Shown in pieces: positions 56,523-64,000 of a DNA stretch of 64,000 nucleotides. Numbering within the stretch: position 1 is the stretch's first letter; each line of letters begins with the position of its first letter. The DNA lies in the sequence record MN871444.1. One strand, written 5' to 3'. Both the position numbers and the translations under genes were made by a program. The notes beneath the pieces were generated by a model. The model had not been told where the DNA came from and made no database searches. It was given only the letters and a program-made list of their open reading frames with translations.

Positions 56523-58202
56523 TTATTTTGCAGCCTGCGGCTTCAGGGCCACTTTAGCTGACATGCTGAGATAATCGATAAGTGTTGGAACAAACTTAGA
56601 CATGTACTGTGCGGTGGTCTGTCCCGAGTTAGTGGCGTATACCGGCATCCAGATTGCGTATTCTTTTAGGGCACGCAGGATATACAGTAAGGCCGCATTA
56701 GGATCTTCTACGTTAATCCCTTTAGGATCTTTGATGAATTTAGCTAACAGCCCACCAATCGCCATCCCACCAATCATGGCTGGAAGCATCCAAACATTAC
56801 TCACTTTGCCGGCCGCATTAATAAACACCAATCCTTTAACCCCGGAAGGTAACCCCAGCAATTTAAGGTCATTCAGCACCATCAGTCCCTTACCGATTGA
56901 CGCAAGTTGGACTACTTTAATGGCGGCATTTTTTCCTTTAATGATCCCATCAAGGGTAGACATTTTGCCTGGGTCCAATTCAGCAGAACGAATTTCACTG
57001 AAAGAGTCCGCAATTTTTTCGAAAGTATGGAGCGTGTCATCAAAGGAATCACCTACCTTGCGATAGGCACTAACCAGCGCATGGTAATTGGTGGTAGCCT
57101 CAATGGCCGCATCGAGTATTGCTAGGGCCTGCTCTTTTGTCGCCGCAGGAATTCCGGTCGGGATTTTACCCATTTTACTTGCTTTGGTTAAATCCAGAGT
57201 ACAGTCGCCCAGAGATGCAATGATAGCGCCCCCGATTTCAGCATCGTCTTTACTACCACTCAAGTCTAGTCGAGTAGATTCCAGCTGCGCCCCGCCTGGC
57301 AGAATTCCCGAGGTTTCCACGATGTATTCGTCGTAATGGGTTCCACTGGTTGGCTGGCCATAGCCCAGGCGTAACAGAACTTCACGACGTTTGGTTTCTT
57401 CATTCATCCACTGGACCACATCTTCCGGGGTGATTGTTGGAACGCCATCTTTGACTGTGCTGAATGCTTTCAGGCGAGCTTCCAATTCTTTTACGCCGGT
57501 GGTACTGTACGTGCGTGCAAAATTACCCAACGCTTTTAGTGTACTGACGTACAGTTGGTCGGCACGCGAGAAGTTTGGGTCGCCATAATACAGGCCAAAA
57601 ACAACGGAGGGTACGCCAGACAAGGTCTGAGGCTCACCCTCTGTCTCGATAGCCAGCCACTGAGCCCGCAGTTTTTTCAGTTTGTCCAACATCTTCTCTT
57701 GAACTTTTTCTGAGTTAGAGAAGAAGTCACGCAGATGCCGCCCCATCTTACTGACTGCATTGGATACTCCGACTTCAATTTTCTTCAGAGACTCTTGCAG
57801 GTTTTCCAGTGAGACACAGGTCTTTTCTAAATCAGTGACTGTATTGTCTTCAAGGGATGGACACAGTACCAAGTCCATCGATGCACGACTGAGTTGATCT
57901 TGGACCCCGTACTCGATAGCCATCAGGGTTTGGGCATTAAGGCCAGTACCTGCTTCCAGGCTTTCCATAATCAACATACCAGTGCGTTCTAACGACGTAC
58001 CGATATTGGTTAGGTCAGCCACGTCACTTTGAGCCTGACCCACGCCTACGACTTCGTCGTTGGCCTGGTCAATCAGTGTACTTAAATCATGGTCGATCCC
58101 GACTTCAAGAGTCCCCGCATCCACGTGCTCAACGGGTAAAATAAGTTCGGCTGGTTCTTTTGGGGCGATGTAATCGCTTGCGCGACGCTGTGCGGTAGAC
58201 AT
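56523..58202 (-). CDS. Internal head protein paralogue (detached copy)
   Basis: Acidic propeptide with DLTNIGTSLE, PSLED and VSLE|NL, then an amphipathic helix and an LPGG segment, as in the 1.4-6.5 kb cluster. Confidence 0.6.
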   Translation of the reverse strand: MSTAQRRASDYIAPKEPAELILPVEHVDAGTLEVGIDHDLSTLIDQANDEVVGVGQAQSDVADLTNIGTSLERTGMLIMESLEAGTGLNAQTLMAIEYGVQDQLSRASMDLVLCPSLEDNTVTDLEKTCVSLENLQESLKKIEVGVSNAVSKMGRHLRDFFSNSEKVQEKMLDKLKKLRAQWLAIETEGEPQTLSGVPSVVFGLYYGDPNFSRADQLYVSTLKALGNFARTYSTTGVKELEARLKAFSTVKDGVPTITPEDVVQWMNEETKRREVLLRLGYGQPTSGTHYDEYIVETSGILPGGAQLESTRLDLSGSKDDAEIGGAIIASLGDCTLDLTKASKMGKIPTGIPAATKEQALAILDAAIEATTNYHALVSAYRKVGDSFDDTLHTFEKIADSFSEIRSAELDPGKMSTLDGIIKGKNAAIKVVQLASIGKGLMVLNDLKLLGLPSGVKGLVFINAAGKVSNVWMLPAMIGGMAIGGLLAKFIKDPKGINVEDPNAALLYILRALKEYAIWMPVYATNSGQTTAQYMSKFVPTLIDYLSMSAKVALKPQAAK

Positions 58203-58314
58203 AATCGTGTCCTTTATGGGTTGCGGGATTATAGGAGTAAGAAATAATGAGTGTCATATTTTACGGATGCTAGGCATTACATGTACAAAAGACATCTTTT
58301 ATTGAGGAAGCCTC

Positions 58315-59754
58315 ATGCGCGCGAATTTGGTAAACATGAATAATTATTTTCAAAAAAGTGAAGAGGTTAGACCTATTTGGAACCTGGGGTATCCGTTTGA
58401 TTGCATGTCCGGGGAATATACCCAGGGCAAACACGGCGAATCTATTTCTCTCGGTGGATTGTGGCCGACGGTAGGTATTGGTGGCCCAGGTAACACCAAT
58501 AAATCGACATTATCGCATCACTTTGTTTTAACCGTGATGGCTCGCTATATGGCTCAGGCCTTGAATTACGATACTGAGGCCAGCGCATCCCGTAATCGCT
58601 GGTATGGCCTGGCCCAGCGTTTCCCTGAACTGTGTGGCGTAGACCTCATCGAAGAAAATCAACTGATGCTGACAGACTCAACGATGATGTACGGCAATGA
58701 ATTCTTCGAGATGTATAAGAAGATGTCGGACGATAAAATAGCAGCTAAGAAAGATCTGCTATTGACAACGCCTATCGTGGACAGTAAAGGCAAACAAATT
58801 ACAATCGCGGCACCTACCGCCGTAGAGATTGATTCCCTATCGATGTTCGGGGTGAAATCAGTTGAAGAGATGGCTGATAAATCCGAACTGGGTGATTCCG
58901 GTCGCAACACCATGGCTATGCGTTCCGCCGGGGTTAAAGCACAGATGCTTCAAGAAATACCGGTTATTGTTAACCGGGCATCCATGCCGACTATCTTTAC
59001 CGCACATATCGGTAAAGAGATAAAAATCGATCCTTACGCACCGTCAGCTAAAAACCTGACGTACCTGAAAAATGGGATGAAATTTAAACACATCCCAGAA
59101 AACTTTACTTTCGTGGTTAATACCTGCTGGTATATTTTTGCGGTCGATATCCTTAAACATAAGGATGGCGGTCCAGAATACCCATCTGACAGTAAAGACA
59201 AATTTAAAGGCGATACTGACCTACAAGAGATCTTTGTTACCACTCTGCGCAACAAAGGCATGATTTCCGGCATTCCTTTCAGTGTGGTGATTTCACAACG
59301 CGAAGGTGTACTGCCTGAATTGACCGCACTGGTTGCATTAAAAGCCGGTGGTCGATTCGGTCTTTGTAGTGATACTAAAAAGCTGGATTTGGATTTATAT
59401 CCAGAAGTATCTTTGGACCGCACGACTGTCCGTAGCAAAATTGACGCGGATCATCGTCTACGCCGTGCTTTTGAAATCACTGGCGAAATGCAACAGATTT
59501 TCAACTTCCACGATAAGCTGAATTCCAAATATCGTTGCACCCCAAAACAACTGCGCAAAGAGCTGGAAGAAAAAGGATACGACTGGCAGCGTTTACTGAA
59601 CACTCGCGGGTATTGGATTCCCGATGAACATACGAGTGAATATGAATTCTTATCGACCATGGATCTACTCAAAATGCGAGTAGGTGAATATCATCCGTGG
59701 TGGTATGGCGACTTAAACAAAAAGACAGAATCAGAACCTACTCTGAAAGTCTAG
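58315..59754 (+). CDS. uvsX: UvsX/RecA-like recombinase (phiKZ gp152-like)
   Basis: GGPGNTNKST P-loop, YDTE, IDSLS, IFTAHIG, KFKHIP. Syntenic. Confidence 0.8.
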   Translation: MRANLVNMNNYFQKSEEVRPIWNLGYPFDCMSGEYTQGKHGESISLGGLWPTVGIGGPGNTNKSTLSHHFVLTVMARYMAQALNYDTEASASRNRWYGLAQRFPELCGVDLIEENQLMLTDSTMMYGNEFFEMYKKMSDDKIAAKKDLLLTTPIVDSKGKQITIAAPTAVEIDSLSMFGVKSVEEMADKSELGDSGRNTMAMRSAGVKAQMLQEIPVIVNRASMPTIFTAHIGKEIKIDPYAPSAKNLTYLKNGMKFKHIPENFTFVVNTCWYIFAVDILKHKDGGPEYPSDSKDKFKGDTDLQEIFVTTLRNKGMISGIPFSVVISQREGVLPELTALVALKAGGRFGLCSDTKKLDLDLYPEVSLDRTTVRSKIDADHRLRRAFEITGEMQQIFNFHDKLNSKYRCTPKQLRKELEEKGYDWQRLLNTRGYWIPDEHTSEYEFLSTMDLLKMRVGEYHPWWYGDLNKKTESEPTLKV

Positions 59755-59771
59755 ATTAAGGTATAATCATA

Positions 59772-60170
59772 ATGTCGAATACATTGGTCCCAGAAAGTTT
59801 AAGCCAGTACTTTATTAAGGCCACCCCCACTTCGTGGGGGGCATTACCCCTCAATCAAACGTACTATTTCGTATCTTCCAGTTTGGATGCTTATTTGACG
59901 GAGTTGGAGTTAATGGCGACTGAGCCAAATAACCATCCGACGACGCATGCGTCCATGGTGGTATTGAAAGACTGGATAGGTGACGTAACTCTGAGCGAAT
60001 TACAAAATCGCCTTACTACACTGGAAACTAACTATGCTGAACTTCAGGTTACCCGTCCTGAAGCAGCTATCCGTCAAACGGTCGCAACCAGTATGCGACT
60101 GGCAGACTTGCAAAATCTCGGAGTGCGCCTTTATGGAAGCGGAACTGAATTGGGACTGTATTTGTCCTAA
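59772..60170 (+). CDS. Hypothetical protein
   Basis: 132 aa, AAGGT RBS. Confidence 0.55.
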   Translation: MSNTLVPESLSQYFIKATPTSWGALPLNQTYYFVSSSLDAYLTELELMATEPNNHPTTHASMVVLKDWIGDVTLSELQNRLTTLETNYAELQVTRPEAAIRQTVATSMRLADLQNLGVRLYGSGTELGLYLS

Positions 60171-60174
60171 ACCC

Positions 60175-60456
60175 ATGGGTCAGCCATCAAGCGCAGATTT
60201 GGTGGCTACTGCCCTGTTCGACGTTAATCCAGGCCTGGCTTATCAGTGGGTGCGTGAATACCCAAAAACAACAGCGGTAGGCTCCCTGTCTAGTTTGGCT
60301 CGATTGACGACTTATTGGAAGCACGTATTGGATTCAGCCGGCGAATCTCTAGCTAGCGAATCTTTGCGCTCAGACATGAAAGATGAAGAATGGCTATCGT
60401 CATTTCACAACCACGTCATCCCGGTTTTGAAAAACAACCATCGGATTGTTCTGTAA
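60175..60456 (+). CDS. Hypothetical protein
   Basis: ATG 60175, just after the upstream stop, is preferred over 60034. Confidence 0.5.
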   Translation: MGQPSSADLVATALFDVNPGLAYQWVREYPKTTAVGSLSSLARLTTYWKHVLDSAGESLASESLRSDMKDEEWLSSFHNHVIPVLKNNHRIVL

Positions 60457-60511
60457 TGGTTTGCTAGTGGCGATTCGCTGGGGTCGCCGCATCACCCATT
60501 GCGAGGTTATC

Positions 60512-61177
60512 ATGTCAAACAGAAAAGCAGCAGAAACTCTCATCCTCGATACGTTGGCCAAAATAGATGATAATGGCCCTAATAGGGGCATCTGGGCCAA
60601 AAAATTTTCAACTATGTCGGATGAAGCATTTGAAGAGTTTATTAATGCATTAGATTCCGGTGAACAAACATTACACATGTTTGTGCCAAACCAATCACAG
60701 CACGGCGTCGATGCTTTGCGCAATATTAAAATAGCTAAGGAATTAGGGCACGACTTCTTTGAGCGGCTGTGGTTAACTGATGAACGCACCGGCAAAACGT
60801 TTTTGACCCCAAAGAAATACCTGGTCATCGACATGATTGTCCGTCGTCAAGAACAAACATTAGAAAAGAAAATCAGCATCCCTGACCATAACCGCACCAT
60901 CGATGACATGACTGGCCAGCCGACTGGTGATTCTAAGGGTAGTGCGATCTCATTTCCAGAGTTTCAAATTTTAACTTCGAAAGATTTGGATAGATCAATT
61001 GAAGAGTTGTTTAAAGTTCGCGGCGGTGATGAAAAAGCATTCCGAGAACAAAACCGACTCATTCTCCAGACTGGTGAGGGGTCACTGGATACTTTGAAAC
61101 AAACCCCTACCCGAGTACGGTCTACTGAATCACTTAAATGCATTTTATTGGCCATGCATATGGGTAACTCATTATGA
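60512..61177 (+). CDS. Virion RNA polymerase beta subunit, C-terminal part (phiKZ gp149-like)
   Basis: FFERLWLTDERTG and TGQPTGDSKGSAISFPEFQIL...EELFKVRGGD resemble the RpoB C-terminus. ATG 60512 with GAGGT RBS. Confidence 0.8.
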   Translation: MSNRKAAETLILDTLAKIDDNGPNRGIWAKKFSTMSDEAFEEFINALDSGEQTLHMFVPNQSQHGVDALRNIKIAKELGHDFFERLWLTDERTGKTFLTPKKYLVIDMIVRRQEQTLEKKISIPDHNRTIDDMTGQPTGDSKGSAISFPEFQILTSKDLDRSIEELFKVRGGDEKAFREQNRLILQTGEGSLDTLKQTPTRVRSTESLKCILLAMHMGNSL

Positions 61178-61704
61178 TAACCGATTCACTGACTTCTGAA
61201 CAGACCCGTTTAATGAGCGAAGCAATTGGTATTGCCACGCAATATTTTCATGAGGCCTTATCGCAGGAATTGTTGGGTGAGTACACGGCCGAGCAAAAAC
61301 AAAAAATTATAAGTGATTGCCTCGGTTTGGTGACTAACCCCACCTGGTTTCAAGCACTAAACGAAAACAACCTCAAATCACTCTGGGTTGCTTTGCGCAA
61401 TAATCCCCATACTGAAGCCGTGGTGCTGTCCACCGCTCAAAGAGTCAGGGTGTTCTATGACGAGTCTACCTGGCAGGAAATTATATCTCGACTGGCCTCT
61501 TCGGCAAAAATCTTTACCCCACTAAATAAAAAGTATAGTGTTTTTAGTGAGGAAGAATTGGGTCGTATGGGGTGTGCTAATGCACTGGACTATTTGACCA
61601 ATAATATCTGGGTGGTCCCACTCATGCTATTAAATCAAATAGAATACAGTGCACTGCTGTCTGACAAAACGCGGGTGATTTATAATAAATCCGTTAAGGG
61701 GTAA
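61174..61704 (+). CDS. Conserved hypothetical protein
   Basis: 176 aa, overlaps the upstream stop. Confidence 0.55.
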   Translation: MITDSLTSEQTRLMSEAIGIATQYFHEALSQELLGEYTAEQKQKIISDCLGLVTNPTWFQALNENNLKSLWVALRNNPHTEAVVLSTAQRVRVFYDESTWQEIISRLASSAKIFTPLNKKYSVFSEEELGRMGCANALDYLTNNIWVVPLMLLNQIEYSALLSDKTRVIYNKSVKG

Positions 61705-62454
61705 ATGATGGCCGGAGATCGTTTGCTGGTCGATTTGGATTCCATATTGGATTTTAGATTGTCCACTATGGCTATCCTCAACGATGAATACGCCAGTACC
61801 TTAATAGGAAATCCCAAATATATCGATAGAACTCGTGATGATGAGTTTTATTTAGCTGGAGGGATTTCTCACGCAGAGTACCTCATGACTTATGCTAATC
61901 GAGGGATTGATTTCAAACACCATGTAGCTAAACCGACCGGCATTTTCATGCTGCTGGGTAAAATTATTTCTGAAAGATTAGTTCGTTCTGAAGCGCCCTT
62001 ATCGGAGCGAAAATTTTATATTGAGATAAACGTCTATCCTTTCAGACTCAGTGAAGATGCATGCAGGTCAATTGCAAATGCAGTGGCCATTTATTTGGAT
62101 ACTCAACTTTACATCGAAACGGTATCGTATTCCCCGACCCAACTCACCCCCAGTTTGGTTCGCGATACTTATAGTGACGTGGTGCTCTATGATTTCAATG
62201 AGTGGTATGTCGCAAACCACTTAACTATCCCGGGTATTTTTATGCCGGAGGTTAGATTTTATACTCCCGCAATCGCCAGGGGTAAACGGGTTAGTGAGAT
62301 GGACCAAGATATTCTGAGGGAAGTGGTTGATGTCACGGGGTCGTTAAATCCATTTGAAGTGGCCATGTATGAGTTATCCGATAACTTATCCCTGAGATAC
62401 GAAGATACTCGTTTCTTTACAATAGAAACGGCGTCCAAGCCAGTTGGGGCATAA
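61705..62454 (+). CDS. Conserved phiKZ-like hypothetical protein (N-terminal DxDxxxD, HAD-like start)
   Basis: LLVDLDSILDFRL, INVYPF and YDFNEW. Confidence 0.55.
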   Translation: MMAGDRLLVDLDSILDFRLSTMAILNDEYASTLIGNPKYIDRTRDDEFYLAGGISHAEYLMTYANRGIDFKHHVAKPTGIFMLLGKIISERLVRSEAPLSERKFYIEINVYPFRLSEDACRSIANAVAIYLDTQLYIETVSYSPTQLTPSLVRDTYSDVVLYDFNEWYVANHLTIPGIFMPEVRFYTPAIARGKRVSEMDQDILREVVDVTGSLNPFEVAMYELSDNLSLRYEDTRFFTIETASKPVGA

Positions 62455-62478
62455 GAGAGGGCAATTGCCCTCTCTATT
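62448..62478. terminator. Bidirectional terminator
   Basis: GGCATAA-GAGAGGGC-AATT-GCCCTCTC-TATT. Confidence 0.7.
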
Positions 62479-62884
62479 AGGAACGCGGGGTAAGATCCAT
62501 TTCACCTTCCGGAATATCGAGGTTTGGAAGTTGAGTTAAATCTGGGGTAGGTGCTTTCTCTGGATTAGGTGCTGCAGATTTGTCTTCGAATGGGTTACCA
62601 CCACCCAGCCCAGCAGCGAACTTGGCAATTTCTCGAGCCAACTGTTCATTTGCACTGACGCCTTGCTTATCGATATCGAGCCGCATTTTGGTCAGTTCTT
62701 GTTTGCTCATATCACCAAGTAGTTTGATAAGCAATGCCTGCTCTTTTGTGTCGGTAGGCATCTTGCCAGAAAACAGATAACTGGTGATTAATTGCCGCTG
62801 AATATTCTCAGCAAAAGCCAATGTATTGGTGGTTTCTGGGAGGGTTATAGTCATGCTTGGGTGGACAGATTCTTGTTCGGCCAT
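62477..62884 (-). CDS. Hypothetical protein
   Basis: ATG 62884 with AAGGAG RBS is preferred over 62953. Confidence 0.55.
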   Translation of the reverse strand: MAEQESVHPSMTITLPETTNTLAFAENIQRQLITSYLFSGKMPTDTKEQALLIKLLGDMSKQELTKMRLDIDKQGVSANEQLAREIAKFAAGLGGGNPFEDKSAAPNPEKAPTPDLTQLPNLDIPEGEMDLTPRS

Positions 62885-62954
62885 AATGGAGGAACTCCTT
62901 ATAGAAAATAGGGTCTCTACACTATTACCCGTACATACTAAAATAATTAACATC

Positions 62955-62962
62955 TATATTAC
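62955..62962 (+). promoter_or_regulatory. Early promoter TATATTAC
   Basis: Exact consensus with an upstream AAAATAATTAA tract. Confidence 0.7.
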
Positions 62963-62998
62963 TATTTGGATTGATTCATAGCGTATTGGGACAACATC

Positions 62999-63514
62999 AT
63001 GTTACGTTGGATATGCCGATATAAACTGCGGAACATTCGTAATAAACATCAACGATTGGAAGCCCTAGAAAGAACCTGGGCTATCGCAGAAGATTACGAC
63101 CGCTGGATAAAAATGCCTAATATTATCCAGGCATTTCCAAAAGGCACCATTGTACGTAATGAATTCATTACGGCATTTAAAAATGCGGTGCATTATCATG
63201 ATGCATTACTTCGTTGCCTGGACCGCATAAGTGCACGCGATTATATTGATATCGATGACAAGGTTTCAAAAACAAACAAGTATATTTTTGATGATTGGGT
63301 CGTGGATAATCGGGGTTACGATGTGGATGTTGAACAATTCATCCGCATTATTTTCCCTGCCATCCATGAGGTCATTATAAACATAGAAGCTTGTAGGTTG
63401 TCTAGACAAGATCTCTATGACTACTATCGAAACCAGCTCCGGTCTTATCTAGAGACCTATATTCACCTTGTCGATTTGGGGATGGAGTTGTATCTTACTG
63501 GAGTACAGCGATGA
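62999..63514 (+). CDS. Hypothetical protein
   Basis: 171 aa, downstream of the early promoter. Confidence 0.6.
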   Translation: MLRWICRYKLRNIRNKHQRLEALERTWAIAEDYDRWIKMPNIIQAFPKGTIVRNEFITAFKNAVHYHDALLRCLDRISARDYIDIDDKVSKTNKYIFDDWVVDNRGYDVDVEQFIRIIFPAIHEVIINIEACRLSRQDLYDYYRNQLRSYLETYIHLVDLGMELYLTGVQR

Positions 63515-64000
63515 CTCAGAATAAAAAATCTTCTGATGCAGAAATACAAAATGTGTTGAATACCGTTAATAGCGGGTTTGAAACCAGCGGCAAACAAGTT
63601 GGTGTGCTGGCCGGATTATTTCGGCAACTGTGCAACGTCATGTCTGTCAGGGCATTTGCTTGGGCCTCCTTGATGGAGATGTATCTCAGTAACCCAGCTA
63701 ATGGCATCCCCCAAAACTCGAAAGACCGAGCTACCGCTCGCGGCAATCTGACCAAAGAACTTTTGCGGGAACACATGAGTTGGAAAGTGTTTCTAAAGGC
63801 GGTCAGGTTTTTGGGTGCGATCAGGGCTGAGTTCACCATTAAGATTTGGGTCACGCCGACCAAGGTGCATGAAGCCACGGTAACCATTGTGGAACGTATG
63901 CCGCGGGAACGCATTAAGCAACATGAAGAAGCCCAGCGTAACATCGAAGAAAACCATTCTGGGTTGAATGTCCCGTTGTTCGACGACAATCAACGTAGAG
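63511..64000 (+). CDS. Conserved phiKZ-like hypothetical protein, 3'-truncated (absent from the ORF track)
   Basis: Manual translation MTQNKKSS...GVLAGLFR...KDRATARGNLTKEL..HMSWKVFLKAVRFL is open to the window end. ATGA overlap and GGAG RBS. Confidence 0.7.
   Translation, partial: MTQNKKSSDAEIQNVLNTVNSGFETSGKQVGVLAGLFRQLCNVMSVRAFAWASLMEMYLSNPANGIPQNSKDRATARGNLTKELLREHMSWKVFLKAVRFLGAIRAEFTIKIWVTPTKVHEATVTIVERMPRERIKQHEEAQRNIEENHSGLNVPLFDDNQRR

Noticed and set aside
60446-60511. N-terminal extension of the virion RNAP subunit
   Set aside because: The RBS (GAGGT) supports ATG 60512, and the extension overlaps the upstream gene.
63516-63993. Minus-strand ORFs 63516..63989 and 63793..63993
   Set aside because: The + strand frame from 63511 has the RBS, coupling and family-like sequence.
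1-64000. tRNA, rRNA, chimallin, PhuZ or integrase genes
   Set aside because: None recognised here. A nucleus-forming lifestyle is inferred only from the gene set and synteny.

Overview
This window is a 64-kb segment of a phiKZ-like jumbo myovirus (Chimalliviridae-type gene set and order), probably infecting an enterobacterium. The host is inferred from codon usage and the tail-fibre tip. No bacterial chromosome genes, tRNAs, CRISPR arrays or integrase were seen. Core blocks, in order: internal-head protein paralogues (gp93-family-like), baseplate/virion genes, DnaB-like helicase, major capsid protein, non-virion RNAP beta N-terminal subunit, portal, baseplate wedge and adaptor proteins, RuvC-like resolvase, thymidylate kinase, an LRR tail protein, tail fibres with a Tfa chaperone, GH108 endolysin with overlapping spanins, central spike, SbcC/Rad50 ATPase, RNase H, UvsX, and the virion RNAP beta C-terminal subunit. 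Two accessory inserts stand out. (1) 6.5-8.1 kb: a highly structured leader (four G-runs with a hairpin in one loop, and a GCGAAGC mini-hairpin) precedes a Tad1-like signal-sponge gene that is translationally coupled to a P-loop kinase-HAD phosphatase fusion. (2) 13.2-19.0 kb: an early-promoter cassette holds three predicted exported proteins (one a gp144-like lytic transglycosylase), a triplet of paralogues sharing an LPExxxAGY motif, and an XRE-family regulator. Early (TATATTAC) and candidate late (ATAGTATGC) promoter motifs and a family of bidirectional terminators are visible. All phiKZ gp numbers and family assignments are from recalled family knowledge and synteny, not from database searches.
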